NCBI RefSeq assembly: GCF_001457595.1 | Contig: NZ_LN831039.1 | Coordinates: forward strand, 3,990,001-4,022,000 | Origin: Mycolicibacterium smegmatis | GTDB lineage: Bacteria > Actinomycetota > Actinomycetes > Mycobacteriales > Mycobacteriaceae | DNA length: 32,000 nt | Direction of reading: 5' to 3' | In this document: positions 14,604 through 25,100 of the stretch, in pieces | Layout of the letters: every line of letters starts with the position of its first letter | Numbering within the stretch: the first letter of the stretch is position 1 | Position numbers and translations under genes: made by a program | Notes under the pieces: model-generated | What the model saw: the letters and a program-made list of their open reading frames with translations, nothing else | The model's database searches: none | What the model was told of the DNA's origin: nothing

Positions 14604-15932
14604 TCAGGACCCGTCGAGGGCGAGGAAGCCCTCGAGTTCCTGCCGGAACACCTGCCAGGCCGGTTCGGTCCCGGTGAGCAGATGGTTGTTGCTGTCCAGC
14701 GCGACCATCCGGGCATCCTCGATCAGAGCCGCGAGTTCCTCTCCGAACCGCACGGGTACCCGGTGGTCGTCGCGTGAATGCATGACCAGTGTCGGACAGC
14801 GTACTTCGCGCGCCTCGTCGCGTACATCGATGCGCCCGAACGCCTCCAGGAAGCGCACGGCGTTCTCCGGTGACGTGGTGCGGCGCTGCAGCTGGTCGAA
14901 CGCGGCCCAGTCCGCGCGCGTCCCGTCGGGCAGGAACTGCGCGGCGAACACCTGCCGGAACGCCGGGTCGTCGCGTCCCCAGCCGACCCGGGCGAGCTCC
15001 AGATCCAGTGCGGCCGCGCGCTTCTCCTCGTCACCGACGGCCCGCACGGCGCGCCCTCTGGCGTACGCGCCGCACAACACGAGGCGGCTCACGCGTTCGG
15101 GATGCCGTGCCGCGTACGCCACCGCGACCGCGCCGCCCTGCGAAACCCCCAGTAGCGGAAAGCGTTCCAGCCCCAGCGCCTCGACCACCGACTCCAGGTC
15201 GGCCACCCAGTCGTCGAACGAGAAGTCGGCGGCCTCCCAGTCCGACAGACCGCAGCCGCGCTCGTCGTAGCGAATGAAGGTGTGGTTGCGCGACAGATCG
15301 CGCACCCAGTGGCTCCACACCGGGCTCTCGATGTCGTATCCGAGGTGCGTCATCCAGTTCGCGGCGCGCACCAGCGGCGGGCCCTCCCCCACGACGGCGT
15401 AGGCGAGCCGGACCCCGTCACCGGCACGGCAGAACGCGATGTGCTGCCGCGGCGGGGGCTCCACGGGTTCCGCGGACCCCTCAGCGGTGTCGGCGGTGTC
15501 GAGGGCCACCGCCTCGTGCTGTTGCAGCGGCTGCGCCCGCATCGGCGCGTTCACACCGTCACCGGCGTCGTCGGGCAGCAGTGTGCCGACGAACTGATAG
15601 CCGCGGCCGCGGATGGTGCGGATGTAGCGCTGGGATTCACCGTCGTCACCGAGCGCACGGCGCGCGGCCTTGATCCGGCTGGTGAGCGCGGCCTCGCCGA
15701 CGAACCGGCCGCCCCACACGGTGTCGAACAGTTCGACCTTGGTGACGACGCGCTCGTGGTTGACGATCAGCTGGGTCAGCACGTCGAACACCTGTGGTTC
15801 GACCCGGATCACCTCGTCGCCGCGACGGAGTTCGAATCGACCCGTGTCCAACACGAAATCATCGAAACGCCACACGGACCGCGCCGGATCCGGTGTCGAT
15901 GTTGCGCGTTGAGGGTCAGAAATCGTCGCCAC
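14604..15932 (-). CDS. One-component regulator: OmpR/PhoB-type winged-helix DNA-binding domain fused to an alpha/beta-hydrolase domain (442 aa, no receiver domain)
   Basis: N-terminal WRFDDFVLDTGRFELRR...YIRTIRGRGYQF; C-terminal hydrolase with GVSQGG elbow, HSRDDH and NNH. GTG start. Confidence 0.85.
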   Translation of the reverse strand: MATISDPQRATSTPDPARSVWRFDDFVLDTGRFELRRGDEVIRVEPQVFDVLTQLIVNHERVVTKVELFDTVWGGRFVGEAALTSRIKAARRALGDDGESQRYIRTIRGRGYQFVGTLLPDDAGDGVNAPMRAQPLQQHEAVALDTADTAEGSAEPVEPPPRQHIAFCRAGDGVRLAYAVVGEGPPLVRAANWMTHLGYDIESPVWSHWVRDLSRNHTFIRYDERGCGLSDWEAADFSFDDWVADLESVVEALGLERFPLLGVSQGGAVAVAYAARHPERVSRLVLCGAYARGRAVRAVGDEEKRAAALDLELARVGWGRDDPAFRQVFAAQFLPDGTRADWAAFDQLQRRTTSPENAVRFLEAFGRIDVRDEAREVRCPTLVMHSRDDHRVPVRFGEELAALIEDARMVALDSNNHLLTGTEPAWQVFRQELEGFLALDGS

Positions 15933-15949
15933 CGACGCAATCGTAGGAC

Positions 15950-16303
15950 CTAACGCCAGCCGTCGGCAGCCTTCGCAGCTTCCAGCAAAGAGTCGCAGAG
16001 TTGCCGCAATTCGTGAGGTTCGGCACCCTCGTCGACGGCGATCGCGACGTCCTCGGCGGCGCAGCGGACCTGGTAGACGCGATCGGACAGTTGCGCGGCC
16101 TCCTCGGCCGTGAGCACCACCGAGTCCGGGGCCAAGGAGGTGCCCTTGACCATGGCGCGTTGTTCGTATGCGCGCTGGCGGCAGGACTGCCTGCAGTACT
16201 GGCGCCTGCGCCCCATCTGCGCGTCGGGCACCTCACGTCCGCACCACCGGCATGGCTGCGGACGGTTGCGTCTGCGGGTCGCGGCCGCCGTCGGGGTGGT
16301 CAT
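15950..16303 (-). CDS. Small Zn-ribbon protein (117 aa), conserved hypothetical
   Basis: CRWCG...x17...YCRQSCRQRAY (CxxC...CxxxC), helical acidic C-terminus, strongly GC3-biased. Ends 17 nt upstream of the regulator gene. Confidence 0.7.
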   Translation of the reverse strand: MTTPTAAATRRRNRPQPCRWCGREVPDAQMGRRRQYCRQSCRQRAYEQRAMVKGTSLAPDSVVLTAEEAAQLSDRVYQVRCAAEDVAIAVDEGAEPHELRQLCDSLLEAAKAADGWR

Positions 16304-16310
16304 GAAGCAG

Positions 16311-16316
16311 ACTGTA
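16311..16316 (-). promoter_or_regulatory. -10 hexamer TACAGT, near-leaderless promoter of the Zn-ribbon gene
   Basis: On the minus strand: TACAGT, 7 nt, then ATG 16303. Confidence 0.35.
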
Positions 16317-16360
16317 GACGGCGACGCATTGTGATCGGCGTATCATGGACGGTCGAGTCG

Positions 16361-16386
16361 GGAACTTGGCAATGGCAAAACGCGTT
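16361..16386 (+). promoter_or_regulatory. ECF sigma (SigH/SigE/SigR-type) promoter candidate for rbpA
   Basis: GGAAC, N17, then CGTT, ending 40 nt upstream of the rbpA ATG. Confidence 0.5.
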
Positions 16387-16426
16387 GCACTATCCGGACG
16401 AAATCGCGTGATGAGGAGTGATGACG

Positions 16427-16771
16427 ATGGCTGATCGTGTCCTGCGGGGCAGTCGCCTCGGAGCCGTGAGCTACGAGACCGACCGCAACCATGACCTGGC
16501 GCCGCGTCAGGTCGCCCGCTACCGCACGGATAACGGCGAGGAGTTCGACGTACCTTTCGCCGACGACGCCGAGATCCCCGGTACGTGGCTCTGCCGCAAC
16601 GGTCTGGAGGGCACCCTCATCGAGGGTGACGTGCCGGAGCCCAAGAAGGTCAAGCCGCCGCGTACGCACTGGGACATGCTGTTGGAGCGCCGGTCCGTCG
16701 AGGAGCTCGAAGAGCTGCTCAAGGAGCGGCTCGACCTGATCAAGGCCAAGCGGCGCGGAACCGGAAGCTGA
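16427..16771 (+). CDS. rbpA: RNA polymerase-binding protein RbpA (114 aa)
   Basis: MADRVLRGSRLGAVSYETDRNHDLAPRQ...HWDMLLERRSVEELEELL is the actinobacterial RbpA sequence. SD GAGGAG lies 7 nt upstream of ATG 16427. Confidence 0.95.
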   Translation: MADRVLRGSRLGAVSYETDRNHDLAPRQVARYRTDNGEEFDVPFADDAEIPGTWLCRNGLEGTLIEGDVPEPKKVKPPRTHWDMLLERRSVEELEELLKERLDLIKAKRRGTGS

Positions 16772-16800
16772 CGAGAGCTGACGAACTGACGTCATGAAAA

Positions 16801-16830
16801 AGCCGCGAGTGTGCATGCACACTCGCGGCT
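16801..16830. terminator. Bidirectional intrinsic terminator between convergent rbpA and ppm1
   Basis: Perfect 30-bp palindrome AGCCGCGAGTGTGCA/TGCACACTCGCGGCT, flanked by GAAAAA (5') and TTCGCGTTCT (3'). Confidence 0.75.
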
Positions 16831-16854
16831 TTCGCGTTCTCGGACGCTACCGCG

Positions 16855-17652
16855 TCAGCGGACCACGCCCCTGGCCCGGTCGAGCCGGCCGCGGATACCC
16901 CACTCGGCGACCTTGAACATGGCCTCGCGGATGTTGGATCCGCTCATCTTCGACACGCCCAGCTCGCGCTCGGTGAACGTGATGGGCACCTCGACGACCG
17001 AGAAGCCGTTGTTGATGGCGCGCCACGTCAGGTCGATCTGGAAGCAGTAGCCCTTGGAGTCCACCGCCGAGAGGTCGATCTTCTCCAGCACCTCGCGACG
17101 GTAGGCGCGGTAGCCGGCCGTGATGTCATGGATACCGACGCCCAGCAGGAAACGCGAATAGGTGTTGGCGGTCTTGGACAGCACCAGGCGCCGCCAGGGC
17201 CAGTTGCGCACGGTGCCGCCGGGCACATAGCGCGAGCCGATGGCCAGGTCCGCCCCCGCGTCGACCGCGTCGAGCAGCCGGCTCAGCTCCTCGGGCGCGT
17301 GGCTGCCGTCGGCGTCCATCTCGACCAGCACGGAGTAGCCGCGGCGCAGGCCCCAGTCGAAACCCGCGAGGTAGGCCGCGCCGAGCCCGGCCTTGCTGGT
17401 GCGGTGCATGACGTGCACGCGGTCAGGGTCGGCCAGAGCCAGCTCGTCGGCCAGTGCGCCGGTGCCGTCGGGGCTGCCGTCGTCGACGACGAGGATGTGC
17501 ACCTGGGGGCACGCGTGGTGAACACGCCCGACGATCAGCGGCAGGTTCTCCCGCTCGTTGTACGTCGGGATGATCACCAGAGTGCGCTGGGTCGGGCGGA
17601 CGGTGGCAGGATCCTCCCCCGCACCCTGCTCACGTTCACCGGGGACGCTCAT
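16855..17652 (-). CDS. ppm1: Polyprenol-monophosphomannose synthase (GT2), 265 aa
   Basis: [30 protein letters not shown]. Positioned just downstream of lnt, as in M. smegmatis. Confidence 0.9.
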   Translation of the reverse strand: MSVPGEREQGAGEDPATVRPTQRTLVIIPTYNERENLPLIVGRVHHACPQVHILVVDDGSPDGTGALADELALADPDRVHVMHRTSKAGLGAAYLAGFDWGLRRGYSVLVEMDADGSHAPEELSRLLDAVDAGADLAIGSRYVPGGTVRNWPWRRLVLSKTANTYSRFLLGVGIHDITAGYRAYRREVLEKIDLSAVDSKGYCFQIDLTWRAINNGFSVVEVPITFTERELGVSKMSGSNIREAMFKVAEWGIRGRLDRARGVVR

Positions 17653-17661
17653 GTGGCTCCT

Positions 17662-19509
17662 TCATCGTTTCACGGTCGTTGCCGACCGGCGCCGCAACAT
17701 TCTCGGCGCGAACCTTCCATTGTGCAGTATGGCGATCAGCAGCACGGCAACCCCCGCGATGACCAGCACCGCCTGCACGATGGGGCCCCACTTCGTCGCC
17801 GGGGTCAGATCGGTCTTGAGCCGGATCTGGTTGTCCAGATATGCCGGCTGGAACCACTCGGTGCGCGATATCTCGTGCCCGTCGGGAGCGATCACCGCGC
17901 TGATACCGGTGGTTCCCGCGACGACGACGTAGCGGTCGTGTTCGACTGCACGCAGTTTGCCGAACGCCAGTTGCTGAGCGCTCATGGCCTCGTCGAACGT
18001 CGCGTTGTTGCTCGGTACCGCGAGCACCTGGGCGCCGTTGAGCACCGATTCCCGCGCCGCGCGGTCGAAGATCACCTCCCAGCACGTGGTGATCCCGATC
18101 GGCACGCCCGCGGCGTGCACGACGCCGGTGCCGGTGCCCGGCACGAAGTAGCCGGCCCGGTCGGCATATGACGACAGATGCTTGAAGAAGCCGCGCCACG
18201 GCAGGTACTCGCCGAAGGGCTGCACGATCTGTTTGTCGTGACGCTCACCCGGGCCGTCGGTGGGTTCCCACACGATCACGGTGTTGTTGGCGACGGGGTT
18301 GTCGGGTGTGTAACCGTCGGCGCGCACGACGCCACCGACGAGGATCGGCGCGTCGATGGCCTCGGCCGCGGTGGTGATCTGGGCCGAGGCGTCCGCGTTG
18401 AGCAGCGGATCGATGTCAGAGGAGTTCTCGGGCCAGATCACGAACATCGGCTGGGCGGCGCGGCCGGCTTTGACGTCGTCGGCCAGCCGCAGGGTCTCCT
18501 TGACGTGGTTGTCGAGCACCGCGCGCCGCTGCGCGTTGAACTCAAGTCCGAGCCGCGGCACGTTGCCCTGCACGGCGGCCACCGTGACGGCGGTGTCGTC
18601 ACCCGCGCCGGTTCCCGACTGGCGCACCTGCGGCCACACCAGCGCGGTGACCAGCAGTGACGCGGCGATCGCGACGCCGGGCAGCATCACCGCGGGGGCC
18701 GGGACGCCGGGTTTGTGGCCGTGGCGCCACCACCACACGATCTGCGCCGTCAGCAGCGTGAGGCTGAAGCCGATCAGCGCGACCGCGAACGACACCAACG
18801 GTGCGCCGCCGATCCGCGCGAGCGCCAGCAGCGGACCATTCGTCTGCCCGTAGCTCGCCGCGCCCCACGGGAAACCGCCGAACGGGAACGTCGACTTGGC
18901 CCACTCCGCCGCGACCCACAGGGTCGCGAACCACAGCGGCCAGCCGGGCAACCTGACCACCACGACCGCGCCGAGCCCGAACAGACCGCAGAACAGGGAT
19001 TCGGCGAACGCCAGCGCGAGCCACGGCACGGCGCCGACCAATCCGCTGATCCACGGCAGCAGCGGCACGTAGAACGCGAGGCCGAACAGCACGCCGTAGC
19101 CGAACCCACCGGCCTTGGTGGTGGCCGTGCGGGTCAGCACCCAGCCCAGCAACGCCAGCCCGGGGAACGCCGTGAACCACCACCCGATGGGCGGGAAGCT
19201 CAGCCACAGTGCCAGACCGCCACCGATCGCGGCGCTCAGTGGGGCCCAGCGGTCGAGCACACCTTTGCCGAATCGGGAACCACGTCGAGCGACCCAGCCG
19301 CCGATACGCGAGCCCGTCGCAGGCCGCGAAGGCTCGTCGTGCTCGTCTCCGGGTTCGGGTTCGGGTTCGGCGTCGTCGAGTCCGGGAGCGACGTCGTCGT
19401 CGAGGGGATCTTCGAGGGGGTCGTCATCGGTGACGGCCGGGATCACCTCGGTGATCTCCTCGGGCCGTACGCGGAACCGGTCGAATCGCCGGGCGCGATC
19501 GTCAGCCAT
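17662..19509 (-). CDS. lnt: Apolipoprotein N-acyltransferase with acidic N-terminal extension (615 aa)
   Basis: Multi-TM N-half plus a nitrilase-like domain with [21 protein letters not shown] and ITTCWE. ATG 19509 overlaps the upstream stop by 8 nt. Confidence 0.85.
   Translation of the reverse strand: MADDRARRFDRFRVRPEEITEVIPAVTDDDPLEDPLDDDVAPGLDDAEPEPEPGDEHDEPSRPATGSRIGGWVARRGSRFGKGVLDRWAPLSAAIGGGLALWLSFPPIGWWFTAFPGLALLGWVLTRTATTKAGGFGYGVLFGLAFYVPLLPWISGLVGAVPWLALAFAESLFCGLFGLGAVVVVRLPGWPLWFATLWVAAEWAKSTFPFGGFPWGAASYGQTNGPLLALARIGGAPLVSFAVALIGFSLTLLTAQIVWWWRHGHKPGVPAPAVMLPGVAIAASLLVTALVWPQVRQSGTGAGDDTAVTVAAVQGNVPRLGLEFNAQRRAVLDNHVKETLRLADDVKAGRAAQPMFVIWPENSSDIDPLLNADASAQITTAAEAIDAPILVGGVVRADGYTPDNPVANNTVIVWEPTDGPGERHDKQIVQPFGEYLPWRGFFKHLSSYADRAGYFVPGTGTGVVHAAGVPIGITTCWEVIFDRAARESVLNGAQVLAVPSNNATFDEAMSAQQLAFGKLRAVEHDRYVVVAGTTGISAVIAPDGHEISRTEWFQPAYLDNQIRLKTDLTPATKWGPIVQAVLVIAGVAVLLIAILHNGRFAPRMLRRRSATTVKR
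19351..19368. repeat. Hexanucleotide repeat (GGGTTC)x3 inside lnt, encoding EPEPEP
   Basis: GGGTTCGGGTTCGGGTTC, in the acidic N-terminal extension. Confidence 0.85.
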
Positions 19510-21094
19510 GGAGGACGACACCCCGGTGCACGGTCTGGCGGCAGCGCGGCAGTGCGGCGTCGTCGGCCAGGCGTGGCAGTGCGGGCACGCGCGACCGCGG
19601 ATCGGTCGACCAGCGCTGCACGGCATTGGCCGGCGCGCTGACCTCCAGCTCCTCGACGTCCCAGATCGCGTAGCTGGCCGGGGCGCCCGGGGTCAAAGTG
19701 CCTGACACACCGTCGCGCACGCCACCGGCCCGCCAGCCACCACGGGTGGCCGCAGCGAACGCCGCGCGCGGCGAAATCGCGGCCGTCGGACTGTGGTGCA
19801 GGACCGCGGCACGTACGGCTTCCCACGGATTCATGCTGGTGACGGGGGTATCTGAGCCGAATGCGAGGGGCACGCCTTCGGATGCTAACAGCGCGAACGG
19901 ATTGAGCTGGTGAACTCTTTGTGGCCCAAGACGCTGCGCGTACATGCCGTGGTCGCCGCCCCACGACGCGTCGAACATGGGCTGCATGCTGGCGGTCACA
20001 CCCCAGGCACCGAGCTGCGCGGCCTGGGCCGCGGTGACCATCTCCAGATGTTCGAGACGGTGGCCGCAACGCGCCACCGTGGGCGCGCCGTGCTGCTCGA
20101 CGACGTCCGCGAGCGCGTCGACCACGGCGCTCACCGCGGCGTCGCCGATGACGTGGAACCCGGCGGGAATGCCGGCCTGCGTGCAGGCCCGCAGGTGCGC
20201 GATGACGGTGTCCTGGTCGAGGTAGCGGTTGCCACACGTGTGCGTGGCATCGCTGTAGGGGGCGCTCAGCCAGGCGGTGCGCGATCCCAGCGCACCGTCG
20301 ACGAACAGGTCACCGGCCAGGCCGTACGCGCCGGTCTCGGCGATCAGCGCCTTGGCGTGGTCGACGTCGCGTGCGGCTTCACCCCACAGACCGATCACGT
20401 CGACACCGTGGTCGAGCGCGCGCAGTTCGAGCCAGTCGTCGAGCCCGCCGATCTCGGGGCCCGCACACTCGTGCACCGCGACGATGCCGTGCGCGGCGGC
20501 GTGATCGAGCGCCGCGACGCGGGCCTGGTGCTTCTGCCGCGCCGTCAGTTGCGCCCTGGCCGCCGCGCGGATCAGGTGGTGCGCGTCGGCGCTCAGCGGG
20601 CCCTGCGGTGAGAACCCGGACGCGCCGGCCAGATCGGGCACCGCGCGGCGCAGTGCGGTGGTCGCGGCCGCCGAGTGCACGTCCACCCGCGCGAGATACG
20701 CGGGCCGGTCGCCCAGTACGGCGTCGAGATCGTCGGTGCCGGGCGGGGTGCGTTCGGGCCAGCCGGACTCGTCCCAGCCGTGCCCCCACACGAGACCGTC
20801 GGGGTGGCGCCGCGCGTGGTCGGCGACGAGTTGCAGGCAGTGCTGCAGTGAGGTGGCCGCGTGCAGATCGAGCCCGACGAGGTTGAGCCCGGTGGCGGTG
20901 ATGTGGACGTGGCTGTCGACGAACGCGGGTGCGACGAAACCACCGTCGAGGTCGACGATGTGCGCATCCGGGTGCAGTGCGCGGCCGACGTCGTCACTGC
21001 CGAGCCATGCGACCACGCCGTCGCGGATGGCCATCGCGGTCGCGTCGGGTTGTGCGGGGCTGTGGATCCGCCCGTTGATCAGGAGTGTCGTCAA
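19502..21094 (-). CDS. Metal-dependent amidohydrolase (Amidohydro_3/YtcJ-like), 530 aa
   Basis: LINGRIHSP...[15 protein letters not shown] (HxH metal motif); TTG start. Confidence 0.85.
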   Translation of the reverse strand: MTTLLINGRIHSPAQPDATAMAIRDGVVAWLGSDDVGRALHPDAHIVDLDGGFVAPAFVDSHVHITATGLNLVGLDLHAATSLQHCLQLVADHARRHPDGLVWGHGWDESGWPERTPPGTDDLDAVLGDRPAYLARVDVHSAAATTALRRAVPDLAGASGFSPQGPLSADAHHLIRAAARAQLTARQKHQARVAALDHAAAHGIVAVHECAGPEIGGLDDWLELRALDHGVDVIGLWGEAARDVDHAKALIAETGAYGLAGDLFVDGALGSRTAWLSAPYSDATHTCGNRYLDQDTVIAHLRACTQAGIPAGFHVIGDAAVSAVVDALADVVEQHGAPTVARCGHRLEHLEMVTAAQAAQLGAWGVTASMQPMFDASWGGDHGMYAQRLGPQRVHQLNPFALLASEGVPLAFGSDTPVTSMNPWEAVRAAVLHHSPTAAISPRAAFAAATRGGWRAGGVRDGVSGTLTPGAPASYAIWDVEELEVSAPANAVQRWSTDPRSRVPALPRLADDAALPRCRQTVHRGVVLHG

Positions 21095-21120
21095 GGGTTA
21101 TTCGGCTCGGTGGGTGCGGG

Positions 21121-21627
21121 TCAGGCCTTCGGGGGAAGGCGATGCGGTTCGACCCCACCGGCCGCGTCCGCGCTGTCGGTGACGTCGATGACTTCGCCGT
21201 CAATGTAGTCCCCACGCCCGCCGGGGTATCCCGCGGTCCACTGGTACCGGGACGCCGTTTGAAATCCTGTGACGAGTGGCACGCGTTTGGCGGCCATCGC
21301 GGTCAGCACGGGCCGCGCGGCGGCACGGGTCGGGGGCAGCAGCAACACGGCGCCGAGCACCGAACTGGCGAGCCCCGGGACGACAACCAGCACGGTGCCG
21401 AGGGCGACCAGCAGGCTGTCGGTGACCGCGCCCTGGGCGCTCGCGGCGGTCAGACCGCCGCTGAGTTTGCGTAGCTGGCGACGCGCCTGGGATCCGGCCA
21501 GTGCCAGCCCGACGACGAACGCCGCCAGGAGCAGCAGCACCGTCCAGCCGAAGCCGATGGTTGCCACGAGGACCACCATGACCGCCAGCTCGACGAGGGC
21601 GTAGACCAGGAACAGTCGCTTAGCCAT
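21121..21627 (-). CDS. fxsA: FxsA family membrane protein, 168 aa
   Basis: MAKRLFLVYALVELAVMVVLVATIGFGWT...VVPGLASSVLGAVLLLPPTR is the FxsA pattern. Position is syntenic with Rv2053c. Confidence 0.85.
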   Translation of the reverse strand: MAKRLFLVYALVELAVMVVLVATIGFGWTVLLLLAAFVVGLALAGSQARRQLRKLSGGLTAASAQGAVTDSLLVALGTVLVVVPGLASSVLGAVLLLPPTRAAARPVLTAMAAKRVPLVTGFQTASRYQWTAGYPGGRGDYIDGEVIDVTDSADAAGGVEPHRLPPKA

Positions 21628-21681
21628 GTCCGGTCAACGAGCGGCGGGGCCCTGAGGTTCCGCGGGAAAACACCGAAGAAC

Positions 21682-22074
21682 TCAGGCAGTCCCCTCGGCC
21701 GCGCGCAGTTCCAGGCCGATGTTGCGTTCCATGCCCCGCCGCAACTTGCTGAACAGGTTGAACGCCTTGCCCATCAGCCCGTAGCGGCTGCCGATCGCGT
21801 CGTACACCTCGCCGGTGCGCGACTTGTCGAGGATCTCGGCGTGCGCCTCGACGGCCTCGCTCTTCGGGTTGCCGCGGGCGTCACACGCCGCGACGGTGAC
21901 GCGTGGGGTGTTGCGGATCCGCTTGACCTTCCACGAGTTCTCCTCGGTGATCACCAGCAGCCGGTCCCCTTTCGGGGCCGCCCAGATCGCCGTCGGCTTG
22001 GGTCTGCCGTCCTTGGTGAACGTGGTCAGCAGGATGTACTTGGACTTGGCGACGTCTGCGAACGTGATGGCCAC
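21682..22074 (-). CDS. PPOX-class (split-barrel) probable F420-dependent oxidoreductase, 130 aa
   Basis: YILLTTFTKDGRPKPTAIWAAP...RIRNTPRVTVAACD; GTG start; sits directly downstream of cobN like Rv2061c. Confidence 0.75.
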   Translation of the reverse strand: MAITFADVAKSKYILLTTFTKDGRPKPTAIWAAPKGDRLLVITEENSWKVKRIRNTPRVTVAACDARGNPKSEAVEAHAEILDKSRTGEVYDAIGSRYGLMGKAFNLFSKLRRGMERNIGLELRAAEGTA

Positions 22075-22115
22075 GAGTCGAACTTAGCCGAGACCCACGC
22101 CCGGGCCGGGTACAG

Positions 22116-25100
22116 CTAGCCCTCCAGTTCGCCTTCGGTCTCCAGCAGCACCTGGCGCAGCCCGTCGAGCGTGGCGGGTTCCGGCTCGGCCCACATCCCG
22201 CGGGTCGCGGCCTCCAACAGGCGCTCGGCCATACCGTGCAGTGCCCACGGGTTGGATTCGTTCATGAACTTGCGGTTCTCGTCGTCGAGGACGTATTCGC
22301 CTGCGAGCCGCTCGTACATCCAGTCGGCCATCACGTGCGCGGTGGCGTCGTAGCCGAACAGGTAGTCGACCGTGGCCGCCATCTCGAACGCGCCCTTGTA
22401 GCCGTGGCGGCGCATGGCGTTGATCCAGCGCGGGTTGACCACGCGCGCCCGGAAGACGCGGTTGGTCTCCTCACTCAGCGTGCGGGTGCGGACCGCGTCG
22501 GGACGGGTGTTGTCGCCGATGTAGGCCGCGGGCGCCTTGCCGGTCAGTGCCCGCACCGTGGCGACCATGCCGCCGTGGTACTGGAAGTAGTCGTCGGAGT
22601 CGGCGATGTCGTGTTCGCGGGTGTCGGTGTTCTTGGCCGCCACCGCGATTCGCCGGTAGGCCCGGTTCATATCATCACTGGCGGCGGCTCCGTCCAATCC
22701 GCGCCCGTAGGCGAACCCGCCCCACGCGGTGTACACCTGCGCCAGGTCGGCGTCGTCGCGCCAGTTGCGGCTGTCGATGAGCTGCAGCAGGCCCGCCCCG
22801 TAGGTGCCCGGCTTGGACCCGAAGATGCGTGTGGTGGCGCGGCGTTCGTCACCGTGCTCGGCGAGGTCGGCCTGGGCGTGCGCGCGCACGTAGTTGTGCT
22901 CGGCGGGTTCGTCGAGTGCCGCGACGAGCGCGACGGCGTCGTCGAGCATCGTGACGACGTGCGGGAACGCGTCGCGGAAGAACCCGGAGATGCGCACCGT
23001 GACGTCGATGCGGGGGCGGCCCAGTTCGGCGAGGTCGATGGGTTCGAGGTTGACGACGCGACGCGACGCGTCGTCCCATACCGGGCGCACGCCCAGCAGG
23101 GCGAGCACCTCGGCGATGTCGTCGCCCGCGGTGCGCATGGCCGAGGTGCCCCACACCGACAGGCCGACCGACTGCGGCCACCGCCCGTAGTCCTCGCGGT
23201 AGCGCGCCAGCAGCGAATCCGCCATGGCCACACCGGTTTCCCACGCCAGGCGCGACGGCACGGCCTTGGGATCCACCGAGTAGAAGTTGCGTCCGGTCGG
23301 CAGCACGTTGACCAGACCGCGCAGCGGCGAACCCGAGGGGCCCGACGGGATGAACCCGCCGTCGAGGGCGCGCAGCACCTGGTCGATCTCGCCCTCGGTG
23401 CCCGCGAGCCTCGGCACCACCTCGGTGGCGGCGAACTTGAGGATCCGCGCGATGTCGGGGTTGTCGGTGATGGTGTCGACCGCCGCGGGATCCCAACCGG
23501 TTTCCTGCAGGGCCGCGACCAGTTCGCGGGCCCCGGCCTCGGCCGCGTCGACCGCGGCGCGGTCGTCACTGCCGTCCTCGACGAGCCCGAGCGCCTGCCG
23601 CAGTCCTGGCACGGTCTGCTCGCCGCCGAACAGCTGGCGGGCCCGCAAAATCGCCAGCACCAGGTCGAGTTCGCCTGCACCCGTGGGCTTCTGGCCGAGT
23701 ACGTGCAGACCGTCGCGGATCTGCACGTCCTTGATCTCGCACAGCCAGCCGTCGACGTGCAGCAGCATGTCGTCGAACGAGTCCTCGTCGGGGCGATCCT
23801 GCAACCCCAGGTCGTGGTCCATCTTCGCCGCACGCATGAGCGTCCAGATCTGCTGGCGGATGGCGGGCAGCTTGCCGGGATCGAGCGCCGAGACGTTGGC
23901 GTGCTCGTCGAGCAGTTGTTCGAGTTTGGCGATGTCGCCGTAGGTTTCGGCGCGCGCCATGGGCGGGATGAGATGGTCGACCAGCGTGGCGTGGGCGCGA
24001 CGCTTGGCCTGGGTGCCCTCCCCCGGGTCGTTGACCAGGAACGGGTAGATCAGCGGCAGGTCGCCCAGCGCCGCGTCGGTGCCGCATGCCGCGGACATAC
24101 CGAGCGTCTTGCCGGGCAGCCATTCCAGGTTGCCGTGCTTGCCGAGGTGGATGACGGCGTCGGCCCCGAACGATCCGGGGAACGCGGAGTCCAGCCACCG
24201 GTAGGCCGCCAGATAGTGGTGGCTGGGCGGCAGGTCGGGGTCGTGGTAGATGGCCACCGGGTTCTCGCCGAACCCGCGCGGCGGCTGGACCATGATGACC
24301 AGATTGCCGGCCTGCAGCGCGGCGATGACGATCTCGCCGTCGGGGTCGCGGCTGCGGTCGACGAACAGGTCGCCGGGCGGCGGACCCCAGTGCTCGACGA
24401 CGGCGTCGGCGAGTTCGGCGGGCAGCGTCGCGAACCATTCGCGATAGTCCTTGGCGGGCACGCGGATCGGGTTGCGCGCGAGTTGTTCCTCGGTGAGCCA
24501 TTCGGCGTCCTGGCCGCCGCGTTCGATCAGCGCGTGGATCAGCGCATCGCCATCGCCGGAGATGACACCGGGGATGTCGTCGTCGGCCCCGAGGTCGTAG
24601 CCGTGGGCGCGCATCGCGCGCAGCAGCGCGACCGCGCTGGCCGGGGTGTCGAGACCGACGGCGTTGCCGATCCGGGCGTGCTTGGTCGGATAGGCCGAGA
24701 ACACGAGCGCCACGCGTTTGTCCTTGGCCGCAATGGATTTCAGTCGGGCGTGCCGGACCGCGAGACCCGCGACCCGCGCGCACCGCTCGGGGTCGGCGAC
24801 GTAGGAGATGAGGCCCTCGTGGTCGATCTCCTTGAACGAGAACGGCACTGTGATGATGCGGCCGTCGAACTCGGGCACGGCCACCTGCGTCGCGACGTCC
24901 AGCGGGGACAGGCCGTCGTCGTTGTCCGACCAGTCCGACCTCGAACTCGTCAGGCACAACCCCTGCAGGATCGGGATGTCGAGGGCCGCGAGATGTGCGA
25001 CGTTCCAGGAGTCGTCGTCGCCGCCTGCGCCGACCGCGGCCGGGGTGGCGCCGCCCGCCGCGAGCACCGTGGTGATCAGGGCGTCGGCGGTGCCGAGCAG

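Noticed and set aside
16768-16794. CTGACG x3 and the perfect palindrome TGACGTCA just after the rbpA stop
   Set aside because: The element is short and lies between the stop codon and the terminator hairpin. It does not match the mycobacterial CRP site (TGTGA-N6-TCACA) and is probably incidental.
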